The translations under genes and the position numbers were made by a program. From a bacterium (lineage in GTDB: Bacteria > UBA8248): a stretch of DNA of 64,000 nt. Under the pieces are notes generated by a model. That model saw only the letters and a program-made list of their open reading frames with translations, was not told the origin of the DNA and made no database searches. Below are positions 37,481 through 46,562 of the stretch, one piece after another. The stretch spans positions 3,488,001 through 3,552,000 of the forward strand of contig OZ244799.1 in NCBI GenBank assembly GCA_965219955.1. Direction: 5' to 3'. The first letter of the stretch is position 1, and every line of letters starts with the position of its first letter.

Positions 37481-37509
37481 TTGACAATCCGGGTTTTCGT
37501 GGCTACTTT
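37481..37509 (+). promoter_or_regulatory. sigma70 promoter of the rpmH operon
   Basis: TTGACA-17 bp-TACTTT. Confidence 0.75.
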
Positions 37510-37593
37510 ACGCTCGGCTTCCTGGGAAGCTCCCCTTCATGATGAAATGGCGGGTTGAACGATCGGCCCTGGGGCCGGCAGGTGGAGTATTTA

Positions 37594-37734
37594 GTGAAAC
37601 GAACTTATCAGCCGAACAGAAGAAAACGAGTGAAGACGCACGGGTTTCGCCGCCGGATGAAGACCACCGGCGGGCGTGCGATTATAAGGCGCCGCCGGTC
37701 CAAGGGCCGCAAGCGAATCGGTGTTTCTGCCTAG
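37594..37734 (+). CDS. rpmH: 50S ribosomal protein L34 (not in the ORF track)
   Basis: Manual translation from GTG: [46 protein letters not shown]. Confidence 0.97.
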   Translation: MKRTYQPNRRKRVKTHGFRRRMKTTGGRAIIRRRRSKGRKRIGVSA

Positions 37735-37745
37735 AGGGCGCGGAA

Positions 37746-38093
37746 ATGGACGAGAGCTTCCCGCCGGAGTGCCGCATCCGCAAGGGGAGTGAGTTCGCCG
37801 TTGTTCTCAGAAAGGGACGCAGGAGCGCGTGCCCGTATTTCTCGCTGCATATCCTGCCTGTCCCTTCGCGGAACCGTGCGAGACTCGGCATCATCGCGTC
37901 GCGCCGGGTGGGCGGCGCCGTTCAGAGGAATCGCGCCAAGCGGCTTCTCCGCGAGGCGTTTCGGCGCCTCGGCTCTCAACTCCCTGCGGGGGTGGACCTT
38001 GTGGCCGTGGCGAGGAACCCGATCGCCAGGGCGAGGTTAGAGGATGTTGAAAGGGCGTTCCGCAACGCTTTCCACGGGAAAACACGTTCCTGA
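37746..38093 (+). CDS. rnpA: RNase P protein component
   Basis: [25 protein letters not shown] (RNR motif); follows rpmH. Confidence 0.93.
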   Translation: MDESFPPECRIRKGSEFAVVLRKGRRSACPYFSLHILPVPSRNRARLGIIASRRVGGAVQRNRAKRLLREAFRRLGSQLPAGVDLVAVARNPIARARLEDVERAFRNAFHGKTRS

Positions 38094-38136
38094 AAAAGAG
38101 ATAGGCCCAGTCTCCCGGATTGTCCGCGTTCTGGCG

Positions 38137-38331
38137 ATGGTTCTGATTCGGGGATATCAGCTCATCCTGTCTCCCGTGATGCCGGGCAGTTGTCGGTTTT
38201 CACCCTCTTGTTCTCATTACGCGCTCGAGGCGTTTCGACGCCATGCGCCCGTACGGGCTTTCTGGCTCACCGTGCGCCGCATCGGGCGTTGCCATCCATT
38301 TCATCCCGGGGGAAACGATCCGGTTCCCTGA
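38137..38331 (+). CDS. yidD: membrane protein insertion efficiency factor (start uncertain, could be upstream)
   Basis: [31 protein letters not shown]. Confidence 0.92.
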   Translation: MVLIRGYQLILSPVMPGSCRFSPSCSHYALEAFRRHAPVRAFWLTVRRIGRCHPFHPGGNDPVP

Positions 38332-38357
38332 GGGATCCGGCGGAGGCGCTTTACACC

Positions 38358-40001
38358 ATGGAAAGAAACGCGATTCTCGCCGCCGTCTTGTCGATGGCGA
38401 TACTCATCGGCTGGCAATACCTCGTCGTGAAGCCGATGGAAGACGAGCAGGTCCAGAAACAGGAGGCGGCCAAGGCGCGCGCGGCGGCCCGGAACAAGGA
38501 ACGAGGGAGCGCCGCGAGCACGCCGCTCAAAGCGCCCGCATCCGTTGCCGGCCAGCCTGCCGCGCCCGCCGCTCCTTCCGCGCCCACGGAGGCCGCCCCG
38601 GGGCAACGCATCCGGGTGGACGTGGGCGACGCGGTGTATGAGCTGACCAACCGGGGCGCCGGCTTTTTGTCCGCGCGCCTTCTGAAATACAAGCAGGGCA
38701 AACAGAACTTCGTCCAACTCGTGCCCGGCGGCCGCCCGGACGTGCGGCCCCTTTTCTTCTGGGGCGGCAAGACCGCGCAGCGGCTCAACGAGGCCTCTTA
38801 CCAGGTCGAGGGCGGCGACCTCTCGCTCTCGAAGGCCAATCCCGAGGGAACGCTTCGTTTCGTCTACCGCGGCGCCGACGGCCTCTCGGCGGAGAAGACG
38901 CTTACCTTCCGCCACAACGAATTCAACATCCGTACGAGGATTCGCGTCACCCGTCCCTCCGGGGTCGAGGCGATGGGAGTCGTCTGGGGCCCGCGCGTCG
39001 GCGGCAGCGACGGCAACACCTACGGCGGCGTCATCGAGGGTCCCATGAGCTTCGTGGGCGAGGAGCTCGAATACGACTATCCCGAACAGGCGAAGCCCGT
39101 CACCCACGGCGAGAGCCTCAAGTGGACGTCACTCCAGTCGAAGCACTTCATCGCGGCGCTCATCCCCCGGGGCGGAGCGGGCGGAGCGGAGATACGCCTG
39201 CTCTCCCAGACGGACGACTTAAGCGAATACGCCGCCATCGTGCCCTTCGCGCGGGGAAAGGACGTCGATGCGGCCTTCGACGTCTACGTGGGGCCCAAGG
39301 CGGTGGAGCATCTCGAAAAGCTCAAGGTCAGCCTCGAGGATTCCCTGGACTACGGGATGTTCTCCTTCATCGCGAAGCCGCTCATGTCCATACTGCGCTT
39401 CTTCCACGCGTTCGTGGGCAACTGGGGCGTGGCCATCATCCTGCTGACCATCGTGGTCAAGATCATCTTCTACCCCCTCACCCACGTCAGCATGCGCAAC
39501 ATGAAGGAGATGCAGAAACTCCAGCCGCGCATCACGCAGCTGCGCGAGATATATAAAGACGACAAGAACAGGCTGAACGAGCAGACCATGGCCCTGTACA
39601 AGGAACACAAGGTCAATCCGATGATGGGCTGTCTGCCCATGCTGATCCAGATCCCCGTCTTCTTCGGGCTGTACGAGGCGCTCCTGGTGTCGATAGAGTT
39701 GCGCAACGCGCCCTTCTTCGGCTGGGTGCAGGACCTCTCGGTGCAGGACCCCTACCACGTGTATACGATACTCATGGGCGCGTCGATGTTCCTGCAGCAG
39801 AAGATGACGCCCACCGCGGGCGACCCCACCCAGGCGAAGATGATGATGTTCATGCCCATCGTCTTCACGGGCATGTTCATCTTCTATCCCGTGCCCGTCG
39901 GGCTGGTGATCTACTGGCTCGTGAACAACCTGCTCTCCATCGCGCAGCAGTTCTACGTGAACCGCTCCGTTCAGCCGCCCAAGCTGGCCGAGGAGAATTG
40001 A
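38358..40001 (+). CDS. yidC: membrane protein insertase YidC
   Basis: N-terminal TM, periplasmic domain, DYG, GNWGVAII.LT, NP.MGCLP.LIQ.P, YWLVNN. Confidence 0.96.
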   Translation: MERNAILAAVLSMAILIGWQYLVVKPMEDEQVQKQEAAKARAAARNKERGSAASTPLKAPASVAGQPAAPAAPSAPTEAAPGQRIRVDVGDAVYELTNRGAGFLSARLLKYKQGKQNFVQLVPGGRPDVRPLFFWGGKTAQRLNEASYQVEGGDLSLSKANPEGTLRFVYRGADGLSAEKTLTFRHNEFNIRTRIRVTRPSGVEAMGVVWGPRVGGSDGNTYGGVIEGPMSFVGEELEYDYPEQAKPVTHGESLKWTSLQSKHFIAALIPRGGAGGAEIRLLSQTDDLSEYAAIVPFARGKDVDAAFDVYVGPKAVEHLEKLKVSLEDSLDYGMFSFIAKPLMSILRFFHAFVGNWGVAIILLTIVVKIIFYPLTHVSMRNMKEMQKLQPRITQLREIYKDDKNRLNEQTMALYKEHKVNPMMGCLPMLIQIPVFFGLYEALLVSIELRNAPFFGWVQDLSVQDPYHVYTILMGASMFLQQKMTPTAGDPTQAKMMMFMPIVFTGMFIFYPVPVGLVIYWLVNNLLSIAQQFYVNRSVQPPKLAEEN

Positions 40002-40086
40002 CGCGGAAAATGCTTTTGCGACCCCTTGAAGAGATTCGGCCGGCTTCCGCGGCGCACCGCCACACGAAAGCCCGGGAGACGAAAGA

Positions 40087-41178
40087 ATGAATTTCAGCGG
40101 CGACGGCTGGGGCGACGACGGGGTGGAAGGCCCGGGCTTTCATTACTTCCCCCCCGGCGAGAATCCCGACCTGACGCCTTTCGCGGAGATGTCGGGCCGC
40201 GCGCTCAGGCGCGTCATCGAGCGGATGGACCTGGAAATTCTCGCCCTGGCGCTTCACGATGCCGACGCGCGGGTGGTCGAGCGGGTGCTCAGAAACGTCT
40301 CTTCCAGGAACGCCGCCCACATGCGCGAGGAAATCGAGCGCTCGGGCGCAGAGCAGAGCGAGCGGAGCATCGAGGCGCGGCAGATGCTGATGCAGACCGC
40401 CTACGCCATGAAAAACCACGGCGACATCACCTTCGACGGCCCCGCCGACGACGCCATTCCCCCGCTGGATCGGGCGCTCGAAGAAGGGCTCGCCGCGTTT
40501 CACTCCTCGGACGCCAGGGCCGAACACGCCGTTTCGCTCATCGTCGTTCTGGCCTCTCGGGCGGAGGGGCACGGGCTGCTCTCCCTGGAGCCGGCTCTCG
40601 AGAGGAGCCCGGACGGGATTTTCTCCACCGGCCTCCGGATGCTGGTGGATCAGGCGCCCTGGAACGAGGTCGAAACGATTCTCGCCCGGCAAATCGAGTC
40701 CTCCCTCGGCGCGATGGTCAGGAACAATGAGATAGCCATCGAGGGCGCGCTGGCGATCCTCGAGGGCGTGAGCGAGGATCGCGCGCGAGCGAGGCTCGTC
40801 GCCTTCCTGCCCGAGGGCCAGGCGGATTACGAGCGCCTGCCCGGCGTCCGGTTCTCTCCCTCGACACAGTCGGCGGTCGACATCATCAGCCTGTGCGTCG
40901 AACTCGCGGGCCTGGCGTCGCGCGATGAGGGCGGCGCGATTGCGGAGCGCCTCGAGTGGATTCAGGAACCCCTTCTCAAGACGGGGCTCAAGTGGGCGAT
41001 CGAGGGCGCCTCGATACAGGACGTCGAAAGGCTCCTCAGCCGCAAGGGGCAGACGCGCCTCGACAGGGAGCGTAGAAAGCTCGAGTGTCTGGCGGAGGGA
41101 TTGATGCTCATCAGGGAGGGGCATCCGGTGGACTTCATCCGCGAGGCGCTCGGCGGCTATCTCGAGGACGAGGCTTGA
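40087..41178 (+). CDS. FliG C-terminal domain fused to two soluble MotA-cytoplasmic-like repeats
   Basis: LALAL....V.ERVLRNVSSRNAAHMREEI..G (FliG-C); two repeats like GLLSLE...D..FSTGLRMLVD and AEGLMLIREG.P...IRE.L.GYL; no TM segment. Confidence 0.7.
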   Translation: MNFSGDGWGDDGVEGPGFHYFPPGENPDLTPFAEMSGRALRRVIERMDLEILALALHDADARVVERVLRNVSSRNAAHMREEIERSGAEQSERSIEARQMLMQTAYAMKNHGDITFDGPADDAIPPLDRALEEGLAAFHSSDARAEHAVSLIVVLASRAEGHGLLSLEPALERSPDGIFSTGLRMLVDQAPWNEVETILARQIESSLGAMVRNNEIAIEGALAILEGVSEDRARARLVAFLPEGQADYERLPGVRFSPSTQSAVDIISLCVELAGLASRDEGGAIAERLEWIQEPLLKTGLKWAIEGASIQDVERLLSRKGQTRLDRERRKLECLAEGLMLIREGHPVDFIREALGGYLEDEA

Positions 41179-41771
41179 GCGGGGCGGCCTCACGGACACG
41201 GTGGTCGCTTCCCGTCCGCAACCGCCACCTCCTGCTCACCCGGGGAAGGCGACGGGCCATGCCGCCCGTCAAGACGCTGCGCGCTTTGGGCCTCAAGCGC
41301 GGCATGAGCTTCCTGGACTTCGGCTGCGGCCCCGGGTATTTCTCGATACCCGCCTGCGGGGTCGTGGGAAAATACGGTCGCGTGCTCGCCTGCGACATAT
41401 CACCCGTGATGATCAGAGAGTTAAAAACGTCAGCCAAAGATCGCGGCTACGCCAACCTGACGGCGAAGCGAAACCAGGGTTCCCGAATTCCGTTTCCGGA
41501 CGCAAGCGCGGATTTCGCCCTCATCGCGTTCGTGGTTCATGCGCTGGCGGACGCCCAGGCCCTGCTCGCCGAATCGCGGCGCGTGATGAAGGAGGGCGCC
41601 GTCATCACGCTGATCGACTGGCACAGGAAGCCCATGGACATGGGGCCGCCCCTGGAGGCCCGCTTTCAGCCAGGGGAACTCGTTGGGGAGTTGCGCGAGG
41701 CGGGTTTCAAGAGAGCCCGTTGGCGGGACTTCGACGGCAACACCTATTTCGCCTTCGCGGAGGCCCGCTAG
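41175..41771 (+). CDS. class I SAM-dependent methyltransferase (start uncertain)
   Basis: LDFGCGPGYF, CDIS..M, IDW.......GPP. Confidence 0.85.
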   Translation: MSGAASRTRWSLPVRNRHLLLTRGRRRAMPPVKTLRALGLKRGMSFLDFGCGPGYFSIPACGVVGKYGRVLACDISPVMIRELKTSAKDRGYANLTAKRNQGSRIPFPDASADFALIAFVVHALADAQALLAESRRVMKEGAVITLIDWHRKPMDMGPPLEARFQPGELVGELREAGFKRARWRDFDGNTYFAFAEAR

Positions 41772-41958
41772 CGGCTGTCAATGCGGGGGCGATACGCTAT
41801 AATCCGCCCTTCATCGACGGCCCACGCGCTGGAGAGCGGAGCCTTGTGGCTGGTTCCGGCGCCATTTACGGTTTCCCTGCTCGCCTGTGAGGGTTTCTGG
41901 AGGATTCGCGCGTCCGGGCGGGAGCCATAGTCGGAGGCGGGTTTCGGACGGGAGGGAG

Positions 41959-42732
41959 ATGGCGGAAGAGATGGAAGGAAAAACCTCGATTCAAGGGCAT
42001 GTGGCGCTCGTGACGGCGGGCGCGGTGGGCATCGGCGAGGGAATCGCCGAGCGCCTGGCGTTTGAAGGCGCGCGCGTCGTGCTGCTCGATCTCGACGAGG
42101 CGCAGGGCGAGGCGACCGCGCGGCGGGTATGCGATGGGGGCGGCGAGGCCCGCTTCATCAATACCGACGTCACCTCGGCGAGCGAGATTAAAGCGGCCGT
42201 CGCCGAGGCGCTGAGCGAATGGGCGCGCATCGACATTCTGGTGAACTGCGCGGGCGGCTTCGTGGAGAATCCGCCCATCGAAGATCTGGATGAGGCGCAG
42301 TGGCGCCGGGTCGTGGACTTGAACTTGAAGAGCGCCCATTTGTGCGCGCGCGAAGTAATGCCCGTGATGAAGAAAAGGGGCTATGGCCGCATCGTGAACA
42401 TCTCCTCCCAGTCGGGCCGCGACTCCGTTATCGAGACCGGCCTCGCCTACAGCGCGGCCAAGGCGGGCCTGTTCGGCTTCTGCAGGCGGCTGGCGGTAGA
42501 GGTGGCGCCCCACGGAATCACGGTGAACACGGTGGCTCCGGGCGTCGTGGTTACCCCGAGGACGGCCGTGGTCCACAAGGACAGAATGCCCGAGATCATC
42601 GCCAAAATACCGGTGGGCCGCGTGGCGGACGCCGCGGACATCGCGGATGTCGTGTGGTATCTCGCCAGGCCCGAGGCGCGCTACGTCACGGGCGTGACGC
42701 TCGACGTCAACGGCGGCAGGTACGTCCACTAG
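41959..42732 (+). CDS. classical SDR (FabG-like)
   Basis: TAGAVGIG, NCAGG, YSAAK, DVNGG. Confidence 0.9.
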   Translation: MAEEMEGKTSIQGHVALVTAGAVGIGEGIAERLAFEGARVVLLDLDEAQGEATARRVCDGGGEARFINTDVTSASEIKAAVAEALSEWARIDILVNCAGGFVENPPIEDLDEAQWRRVVDLNLKSAHLCAREVMPVMKKRGYGRIVNISSQSGRDSVIETGLAYSAAKAGLFGFCRRLAVEVAPHGITVNTVAPGVVVTPRTAVVHKDRMPEIIAKIPVGRVADAADIADVVWYLARPEARYVTGVTLDVNGGRYVH

Positions 42733-42745
42733 AAGGGGCTTACGC

Positions 42746-43504
42746 GTGCACGAGCGATCATCGATAAGGGATCACGTCGCCATCGTCACCGGCGCGACCG
42801 ACGGCATCGGCCTGGCGACGGCGATACGTTTCGCGGATGAGGGCGCGAAGGTGGCCATCATGGGGCGCGACCCCGAGCGGGGCTCGGCGGCCCTGGCCCA
42901 GGTGAGCCTGCACGGCGACGCCATTTTCGTCCAGGGCGACGCCGCCCGGAAAGAAGACGTCGACCTCCTTTTCGCCCGGGCGCTCGGCACCTGGGGCCGC
43001 CTGGACATACTGGTGAACTGCGCGGGCGGGTTCGTGGAAGTCTCGGATATCGAAGGACTCGACGAGGCGGAGTGGGAGAAAATCGTGGACTGGAACCTCA
43101 CGAGCTGCTTCCTCGCCACGCGGGCGGCGGCGGCTCCGATGAAAGAGCTCGGCTATGGCCGCATCGTGAACGTCTCCTCCATCTCCGCGCGCGACGCCCT
43201 GGCGAACGTCTCGCTGGTCTACAGCGCCGCCAAATCCGCGATGCAGGGCTTCACGAGGAGGCTCGCGGTGGAACTCGCCCCCCACGGCGTCACGGTGAAC
43301 GCCGTGGCCCCGGGCGTGACGCTCACCAAGCGCTTTCGTCTCATCCACCAGGAGCGCGTGCCGGAGATTGTGGCGAACCTGCCCGTGGGATTCGGCGGGG
43401 AGCCCGAGGATATCGCCGACGCGATATGGTATTTCTCCACTCCGGGGTCGGGCTACGTCACGGGCGCGACCATCGACGTGAACGGCGGTCAATACGTGAA
43501 CTAG
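42746..43504 (+). CDS. classical SDR (FabG-like), tandem paralogue
   Basis: TGATDGIG, NCAGG, YSAAK, DVNGG. Confidence 0.9.
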   Translation: MHERSSIRDHVAIVTGATDGIGLATAIRFADEGAKVAIMGRDPERGSAALAQVSLHGDAIFVQGDAARKEDVDLLFARALGTWGRLDILVNCAGGFVEVSDIEGLDEAEWEKIVDWNLTSCFLATRAAAAPMKELGYGRIVNVSSISARDALANVSLVYSAAKSAMQGFTRRLAVELAPHGVTVNAVAPGVTLTKRFRLIHQERVPEIVANLPVGFGGEPEDIADAIWYFSTPGSGYVTGATIDVNGGQYVN

Positions 43505-43623
43505 CGGGCTTTGAGAAATTTCAGCCGGCGCGCCGCGAAGCCGCCGAAAGCGCGTGGATTCATGGTATCATCTCCGGCAGCGAAAAATTTTCAAGCCGTC
43601 TAGACACCAGAGGAGCCAAGCAA

Positions 43624-44022
43624 ATGCGACGCCCCATGCTCGTGATCGCCCTGTTGTTGCTCGCCGCCGCCCTGGTCCTCCCGCAGGCCGCGCTCGCCGT
43701 GGAAGGATGGAAGCCTTATGACGCCAAGGCGTTCGCCCAGGCCCAAAAGGACGGAAAGACGATTTTCGTGGTCGTCCACACCGAGTGGTGAGGGACGTGC
43801 AGGCAGCAGGTGCCGCTGCTTCAGTCCCTGGTTAAAGAGAAGAAGTTCGCAAGCGCCGCCGCGTTCGCGGTGGACTACGACGCACAGCGCGATTTCCTGA
43901 AGACGCACGGCGTTCGCTGGCAGTCGACGATCGTCGTCTTCAAGGGCGCGCAGGAGAAGGGCCGCTCGACGGGCGACGTGGACATAGCGAGCATCCGAAG
44001 CCTCATGGAGCGCGCGCTGTAG
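43624..44022 (+). CDS. exported thioredoxin-family selenoprotein (UxxC)
   Basis: AGGAG RBS, signal peptide, HTEW-TGA(43789-43791)-GTC, then the same frame continues as a Trx fold (QSTIVVFKG..E.GR) to TAG 44022. Confidence 0.85.
43791..43829 (+). promoter_or_regulatory. putative bacterial SECIS hairpin
   Basis: Directly 3' of the UGA: AGGGAC/GTCCCT lower stem, AGGCAGC/GCTGCTT upper stem, G-containing apical loop. Confidence 0.7.
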
Positions 44023-44073
44023 CACGAGCGATTCCGGCGAATGAGGGCCTGGCTTCCGCGGGCCTTCGCGTTT

Positions 44074-45129
44074 CTACCCGAGCGGCGAGACGGCCACCTC
44101 GCCGTCCCTGACGGAAATGTCCGTTCCATAGGAAGCGGAGAATGTCCGCATCATGTCCACGATCGCGCGGCCCTCTCCGCGCTTCGGCGAGAGGAGTCTG
44201 GGCGCGCCGCCCACGCCGCAGCGGCAGGGGATCAGGTACAGGTCGCCCAGCCCCTCCTCGTCCAGGCGCCCGCCCAGCAGAAACGTCTGAAGCGTCGCCT
44301 CGGTGAAAAACGGTTCCACCTCGTCGAAGATCAGGTTCCCGGTGCAGTGGACGATGGGCCGGCCCTTGTAGAACTCGATGGCGGAGAGCACGTGCTGGTG
44401 TCCGCCGAAGACGGCGCACGCGCCCGCGTCGATCGCCGCGTGCCCGATCTCCCTTTGATGCTCATGCACCTCGTGGCGCATGCTCGCTCCCCAGTGCTGG
44501 TAGACGAAGACGAGGTCGACCTCGGCCTTGAGCCGGGCGATCTCTTCTTTCATCCGCGCGAGGTCCTCCGCCACCGCCCAGGAGTGGATGACGGGTTCGG
44601 AGGCCGGGTATTCGTCCAGGTTTCTGAGCGGCGTGTAGGACGTCCTGACGCGCAGGGGGTTCACGCCGGGCTCATCCGCGTCGGCCGCGTGGCCCTGCGG
44701 CAGCACGGACGAGTAGGCGAGCAGGCCGATCCTCAGCCCGCCACGCTCGAGCACGACGGGTGCGCTCGCGTCTTCCAGGTCCATTCCCGCGCCCGTGAAG
44801 GGGATCCTCGCGCGGCGCAGCGTCAACATGGTTTCTTCGAGAGAGGGGACCCCGAAGTCGAGCAGGTGGTTGTTCGCGATTCCCACCGCGTCGAAGCCGG
44901 CATCCACGAGTCCCGCCACCAGAGAGGGGTGTCCCCGGTGCTTGGTCGCCTTTCCCTTCATGAGTTCGCCGCGCGTCGACAGCGCGTTCTCGAGGTTCGC
45001 GAAAGAAAAATCGGCGCCGCGAATGAGTTTCCCCGGTTGGCCGAACATTCCCTTGGGCGATGCCCTGTCGGGCGCGATGTCGCCGCCCGTGAGAAAGGAA
45101 GCGGTTTTTTGCGGATTCTTTTTATTCAT
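44074..45129 (-). CDS. CapA / PGA_cap family metallophosphatase
   Basis: GGDI, ANLE, ANNH.LDFG, HWG, GGHQHV, GNLIF. Confidence 0.88.
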   Translation of the reverse strand: MNKKNPQKTASFLTGGDIAPDRASPKGMFGQPGKLIRGADFSFANLENALSTRGELMKGKATKHRGHPSLVAGLVDAGFDAVGIANNHLLDFGVPSLEETMLTLRRARIPFTGAGMDLEDASAPVVLERGGLRIGLLAYSSVLPQGHAADADEPGVNPLRVRTSYTPLRNLDEYPASEPVIHSWAVAEDLARMKEEIARLKAEVDLVFVYQHWGASMRHEVHEHQREIGHAAIDAGACAVFGGHQHVLSAIEFYKGRPIVHCTGNLIFDEVEPFFTEATLQTFLLGGRLDEEGLGDLYLIPCRCGVGGAPRLLSPKRGEGRAIVDMMRTFSASYGTDISVRDGEVAVSPLG

Positions 45130-46180
45130 GGACGAGTCCTTTGTGAAAATGAGGCGCGGACGGGAAGACACCCTCCCCGAAACAGACACCCCTTAGTTCA
45201 TCGGCGGCTTGCTCCGGAGCCACCTCGTTGATGTGCGCGCCAAGGCCGGTTTCGAGGGCAGCATGCGGCGTGAGGCGCGGAAAGAGTTCGATGTGCCAGC
45301 GGTGCGCCGCGGGGGTTCCCTCCGGGCCCTTCGCCGCCAGCAGGAAAGAGAGATTGTATGGCGGATCATGGAGAAGCTCCTGGTAGCGCCTCAAACTTCG
45401 CGCCAGGGCGGCTCCCACGGCGGCTATGGCTTCGGGCGCGCTCTCGGTGAAGGAGGCTTCCGTCGGCCAGGGGCAGATATAGACGAGGTAGGGAAAGCGC
45501 GACGCCCACGGACAGAAGACGACGGCTCCCTCTTCCCCGGCTTCCACGATTCTTTCTTCCTGCCCGCGCTCCGCCTCGATCAGGTGATCCAGGATTGCGG
45601 CTTTCCGCTCTCCGTAGAAGGCGGTCTCTTTTTCCAGCTTCTTCTCGATGCCGCTCGTTCCGACCGGGAGGCCGAGGATCTGGAAATGCGAGTGAAGGAT
45701 GGACGCGCCCGCCTGCGCGCCGTGGTTCTTGAAGGCATAGAGGCGGTGGACACCGGGGGCTCCGGCGAGCGCCCGCGCCCTCTCCTGCAGGAGGGCGAGA
45801 ATGTCGCCCGCATGCGATTCGCCCAAATCGGCCAGGCCCTTCGTGTGATGAGGCGAATCGATGAGCACCTCGTGGCGCCCCCCGCCCCGCAGGGATGAAA
45901 AGACGCCCCCTCCCCCGTACGCGGGTTCTCCGCTGCCGACAGCGGGGAACTTGTTCGCCACGCAGCGCGCGCGCCAGCCGGGCGCGTTCTCCCCGCCCTC
46001 TTCCCTGAGGGCGGCGACCTCGGGCGGCGTCGCGCTCTCGTTGCCCGGACAGAAGGGACAGGCCGGGTCGTCCTGCGAGGGCGTGGCGTTCGCATAATGC
46101 GCAGGATGTGGCCGCGCGCGCCTGCCCGGCGCGATGAGCGTCCATTCGCCGCGATGGGGGTCGTATCTCGACTCGGGCAT
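45122..46180 (-). CDS. galT: galactose-1-phosphate uridylyltransferase family
   Basis: R..RP, CPFCPGNE, NKFP, G.HEV, FKN.G..AGAS..HSH.Q, WHIE..P. Confidence 0.82.
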   Translation of the reverse strand: MPESRYDPHRGEWTLIAPGRRARPHPAHYANATPSQDDPACPFCPGNESATPPEVAALREEGGENAPGWRARCVANKFPAVGSGEPAYGGGGVFSSLRGGGRHEVLIDSPHHTKGLADLGESHAGDILALLQERARALAGAPGVHRLYAFKNHGAQAGASILHSHFQILGLPVGTSGIEKKLEKETAFYGERKAAILDHLIEAERGQEERIVEAGEEGAVVFCPWASRFPYLVYICPWPTEASFTESAPEAIAAVGAALARSLRRYQELLHDPPYNLSFLLAAKGPEGTPAAHRWHIELFPRLTPHAALETGLGAHINEVAPEQAADELRGVCFGEGVFPSAPHFHKGLVHE

Positions 46181-46562
46181 GAGCGCCTCGCTTTTTTCTG
46201 GATAAGAATACTCAAACAATGTTAGCATGACCGGTATATTTTGAAAGAAAAAACGAGTCCTGGCGGAATAAAGGCGAAAATTTTTCGGGGCGATTTTGAT
46301 TTTTGCCCTCTGCGCGCCTCTCTTTGGAGAAGAACTTGCTCGCTCATGTACCGGGAGGATGCCGGTTTGCGTTTTCCCGGCGGCCCGCTTAGACTTTTGG
46401 GCGACTCGAAAATCAGGCCCGGCGGCGCGAGGGTCGCCGGAAGTTCAGTCCGCAAGCGAACCAGCCGGGGCCTTGGGAGAGGGGTTGGACCCTCTCTTGC
46501 GCGAAGGCCCCGCTCTTTTCTTCGAATCGACCGGCACACACAACGAGAACAGGGGGGCAGCC

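Noticed and set aside
37539-37745. N-terminal extension of RnpA in the ORF track
   Set aside because: Overlaps rpmH in another frame; the real start is probably ATG 37746
43072-44022. Separate ORFs 43072-43791 and 43810-44022, or a pseudogene
   Set aside because: Better explained as one Sec-containing CDS 43624-44022: UGA at the catalytic position, a hairpin, and no other lesions
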